Shown one piece after another: positions 26,016 through 28,412 of a stretch of 28,412 nt of DNA. A program made the position numbers and the translations under genes. The stretch spans positions 1-28,412 of the IMG/VR virus record IMGVR_UViG_3300037424_002284; one strand, written 5' to 3'. The DNA comes from a virus. Taxonomy: Duplodnaviria; Caudoviricetes. The first letter of the stretch is position 1. Every line of letters begins with the position of its first letter. Below the pieces are notes generated by a model. That model did not search any database. It was not told where the DNA came from and was given only the letters and a program-made list of their open reading frames with translations.

Positions 26016-26156
26016 TTATTTTATAAATATTATCATAGCCAACATAGCATCAAAAAACATTGTCAATATGTAAAATGTAAATATCATATCATCAAATTTA
26101 TCTTTTTGTTTATTTATATAATAACAAATAGCAATTGTAAATAACAATGTAAACAT
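26016..26156 (-). CDS. Small hydrophobic protein (46 aa; not in ORF track)
   Basis: Hand translation MFTLLFTIAICYYINKQKDKFDDMIFTFYILTMFFDAMLAMIIFIK; AGGAG RBS. Confidence 0.55.
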   Translation of the reverse strand: MFTLLFTIAICYYINKQKDKFDDMIFTFYILTMFFDAMLAMIIFIK

Positions 26157-26157
26157 T

Positions 26158-26658
26158 TTACTCCTCTCTCTTTTCTCTTGATTTTTGTATCATTTTCTTC
26201 CGGATATTATCGCTTTCTTCCTCTTTTATACTCCATTCCTTTTGAATATCCCTGGGTTCTTTAGGTCCGGCGAAATAAGAACCAGCCCATAACCGGACTT
26301 CATTCTCTAACGCTGACTTTTTATGATCCATGGCCTTTAAAGCATCTTTTAATACATTTTCTCTGTACATTGCTTCATTTAAAGCATTAAACGCTTCGGA
26401 ATGCCTCTCATCATCAATTATATACGATTTTATAATTGCTTCGGTTGCCTTGATTTTTTCGACTTCAAACTTTTTTCTGTACTCTTTATCTAGCTTTGAA
26501 TCAGTTATGTCAAGCCTTTCTTTTAAAAAACGTACTTTTTCCGAAGCCGCAGCAGCGAGTTCGGCTATTTTGTGATAATTTGAGGCTTGCTCAAGCCAAG
26601 CAATATCCAAACTGTCCGGTTCAATCTTTAAAATTCTTTCAATATTTAATTCTGACAT
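26158..26658 (-). CDS. UvsY-like recombination mediator
   Basis: Helical protein with K.TEA.IKSYI..D pattern; close to gp32-like and RecA-like genes. Confidence 0.6.
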   Translation of the reverse strand: MSELNIERILKIEPDSLDIAWLEQASNYHKIAELAAAASEKVRFLKERLDITDSKLDKEYRKKFEVEKIKATEAIIKSYIIDDERHSEAFNALNEAMYRENVLKDALKAMDHKKSALENEVRLWAGSYFAGPKEPRDIQKEWSIKEEESDNIRKKMIQKSREKREE

Positions 26659-26676
26659 TATTTATCCTTTACTGTT

Positions 26677-26946
26677 TTATTTTGAATTTACATCTTTTGC
26701 TGAAACTGGTTCCCATAAAGAATAACCAAAAAAATATACCGGAGCAATAATAGTTTCAACCAAAATTATTCCCCATATTAAATTCCCGGGAATAATTTTA
26801 TATTTTATGCCCTGATCTTTTATATCGTCTTGATTGATTAAACCATAAGTCGTGTAGCTTTTCCCATTAATTGTTTTATCACTTCCACAATTAAACAATA
26901 TAAAACTTAACATCATAACTAAAATTAAACTCATAAATCTTTTCAT
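26677..26946 (-). CDS. Putative lipoprotein or membrane protein
   Basis: MKR + hydrophobic stretch + FILFNC; TYGL.N...GN.IW.II..ETII.PVYF.G..L.EP. Confidence 0.7.
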   Translation of the reverse strand: MKRFMSLILVMMLSFILFNCGSDKTINGKSYTTYGLINQDDIKDQGIKYKIIPGNLIWGIILVETIIAPVYFFGYSLWEPVSAKDVNSK

Positions 26947-26958
26947 AGTCTTCCTCCT

Positions 26959-27231
26959 TTATTTTCTAAATAATTTCATACAATTCCTTTTTAAATAAGG
27001 AATAAGTCTCTCATAATAAAGTTCTCTTGCATACTCTTTTTGCTCATCGGTATCACTATCTTCATTTCTCCAGTCAATGATATCCAAAATATCACCTTCA
27101 ACATACGAATTTCCAAAAGGTCTTTTATCGTCAAGACCAATACCTCCAAATTCCCCATATCTATCGTATTGGAGATTATTAAAAAATGCTAAAGCAAGCT
27201 TATTCAAATCTTTATTTATACTTCTTTTCAT
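26959..27231 (-). CDS. Hypothetical phage protein
   Basis: G..G.D.KRPFGNS....DI..I motif; AGGAGG RBS. Confidence 0.7.
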   Translation of the reverse strand: MKRSINKDLNKLALAFFNNLQYDRYGEFGGIGLDDKRPFGNSYVEGDILDIIDWRNEDSDTDEQKEYARELYYERLIPYLKRNCMKLFRK

Positions 27232-27250
27232 GCTTTTTTCTCCTCCTTTT

Positions 27251-27415
27251 TTATTCGTTTAAAAATTCTGCTAATTTTTCTCTTAATATTAAAATATTTT
27301 TTACTTCGTCCTCAAATAAGCAATCTTCGAAATCTCCGATTATCATAGTGTTCAAAAATTTAGACAAAACTACTACATCCTGTAAATCAAATTCTGCTGT
27401 TATTTTTAGACTCAT
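27251..27415 (-). CDS. Hypothetical protein (54 aa; not in ORF track)
   Basis: Hand translation MSLKITAEFDLQDVVVL...LAEFLNE; ATGA overlap and GGAGG RBS. Confidence 0.6.
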   Translation of the reverse strand: MSLKITAEFDLQDVVVLSKFLNTMIIGDFEDCLFEDEVKNILILREKLAEFLNE

Positions 27416-28412
27416 TTTTCAAATACCTCCAGTTCTGAATATGGGTTATGGCTTACTAAAACATTTTCAAAGCCAAGAATATTTTTTATTTGTTTAATAA
27501 AACTTTTTTCTTCAGGGCAAGTAATCGGATATCCTTCAAATGTAAAACTGTACTCATTCAAATGGTCAAGACATGTAATAACTAATGTTGTATTGTTCTT
27601 ATTAATATATCCATCTCTTTCTATTCCATATCTTAATAAATCTAAATCCAACATTGTTTTACGAAATTTTCCTTGATATGGGTGGTCCACATTTTTTTCA
27701 TTTGGATCCTCTTTTATAACGAACGGAATATTTTCATTTGTCATAAAACCATTACCATGCCGCGTCTGATACGCCCGGGTAACAAGATATACATATGGGG
27801 AATCTCCAATAATATTTCTTGTCCCTGTATTTGAACGAGTAACATGAGGGAAAAATCCAAAATGTTGATCAAGTAATAATCCCTGAGATCCTTCATAAAT
27901 TACAGTGCTATTAGGAAAATTATTTAATAGATTATCATCTACAAATTTAATATTGTCATTATCTTTTATAAAATTACATCCACCTTGAAAAATACTTAAA
28001 TCTTTTAAATCATAGACTATAGCACTAAAATGATAATGATAATATTTTTCCAATAGTCTTACTTTCTCATCAAAAATTTTAGGATACAATAAGTCAACAA
28101 CTTTTAAAGAATAAAAATCTTCTTCTCTTTGAATGGTATTACCGAATCCTACACCACAACTCCCCTGAGCTTTTATTTTTTCAAAATCTTGGTTCCTCAA
28201 TTTATCCCATGGAGTTGTAACGGGACACTCTTTATGTATATAAAGAGTAGGTGTTATCCTTTTACTTTGTAAAACCTCAAATTCATTTTTAATACCTACG
28301 GGATCAACTGTACACTGTTCCATCCAATAAGTCGGGGCACCAAGCAGGGAACCACTGCCAAAATTAGAGAACACATGCTCTTTACCATCTCGCATCATTA
28401 CTTGATGTCCTG
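27412..28412 (-). CDS. Divergent adenylosuccinate-synthetase-like protein, 5'-partial
   Basis: Frame open to the window edge (GHQV, matching PurA NAGHT); GSCGVGFG, EGSQGLLLD...FPHVT.S.T, TRAYQTRHGNG, ITCLD. Confidence 0.85.
   Translation of the reverse strand, partial: GHQVMMRDGKEHVFSNFGSGSLLGAPTYWMEQCTVDPVGIKNEFEVLQSKRITPTLYIHKECPVTTPWDKLRNQDFEKIKAQGSCGVGFGNTIQREEDFYSLKVVDLLYPKIFDEKVRLLEKYYHYHFSAIVYDLKDLSIFQGGCNFIKDNDNIKFVDDNLLNNFPNSTVIYEGSQGLLLDQHFGFFPHVTRSNTGTRNIIGDSPYVYLVTRAYQTRHGNGFMTNENIPFVIKEDPNEKNVDHPYQGKFRKTMLDLDLLRYGIERDGYINKNNTTLVITCLDHLNEYSFTFEGYPITCPEEKSFIKQIKNILGFENVLVSHNPYSELEVFEK

Larger units (their letters stand above)
1..28412. mobile_element. Bacteriophage/prophage genome segment
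   Basis: Dense co-oriented genes with ATGA/TAATG overlaps and GGAG/AGGAGG RBSs, many small unknown ORFs, a T4-like recombination set (RecA-like, gp32-like, UvsY-like, SbcC/D-like), HNH/NUMOD3 nucleases and SLT. No housekeeping operon. No capsid or terminase in the window, so the phage call rests on gene content. Confidence 0.85.

Noticed and set aside
26030-26066. TTGACA upstream of the SSB gene as a sigma70 promoter
   Set aside because: The nearest -10-like hexamers are 14 or 23 nt away, and the region is filled by a 46-aa ORF with its own RBS.
11904-27497. Short + strand ORFs opposite the - strand genes (e.g. 12927, 15777, 18203, 26330, 27186)
   Set aside because: Antisense to well-supported genes and without recognisable motifs.
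1-28412. Alternative genetic code (stop-codon reassignment)
   Set aside because: Long genes are intact under code 11; TGA is used as a stop in many ATGA overlaps and TAA ends many genes.
27412-28412. Calling the gene purZ or purA
   Set aside because: The diagnostic N-terminal motif is outside the window, internal motifs fit neither well, and no datZ/mazZ-like neighbour is visible.

Overview
AT-rich segment that reads as part of a large tailed-phage (or prophage) genome with two convergent transcription blocks meeting at about 11.8 kb. The + strand block (1-11809) is a tightly packed cluster: three GT-A-like glycosyltransferase candidates (two are clear paralogues), two SAM methyltransferases of types usually found in glycan loci, a 916-aa beta-helix/IPT/SGNH-like protein, a 1069-aa protein with about 570 residues of mucin-like Ser/Pro/Thr repeats, a BppU-like small protein and an intact GDP-L-fucose synthase (fcl). 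My best candidate for an undescribed system is a phage-encoded pathway that O-glycosylates its own mucin-like surface protein; this is inference. The - strand block (11815-28412) is a T4-like recombination/replication region: RecA/UvsX-like, gp32-like SSB, UvsY-like, Mre11/SbcD and a Rad50/SbcC that is split after its zinc hook into genes about 4.2 kb apart. It also carries a tyrosine recombinase, an SLT transglycosylase, HNH nucleases, a LexA-HTH/membrane fusion, a divergent adenylosuccinate-synthetase-like gene cut by the window edge, and many small ORFs, several below the ORF-track cutoff and translated by hand. No rRNA, tRNA or CRISPR array was seen. All family assignments come from motif recognition by eye, not database searches.
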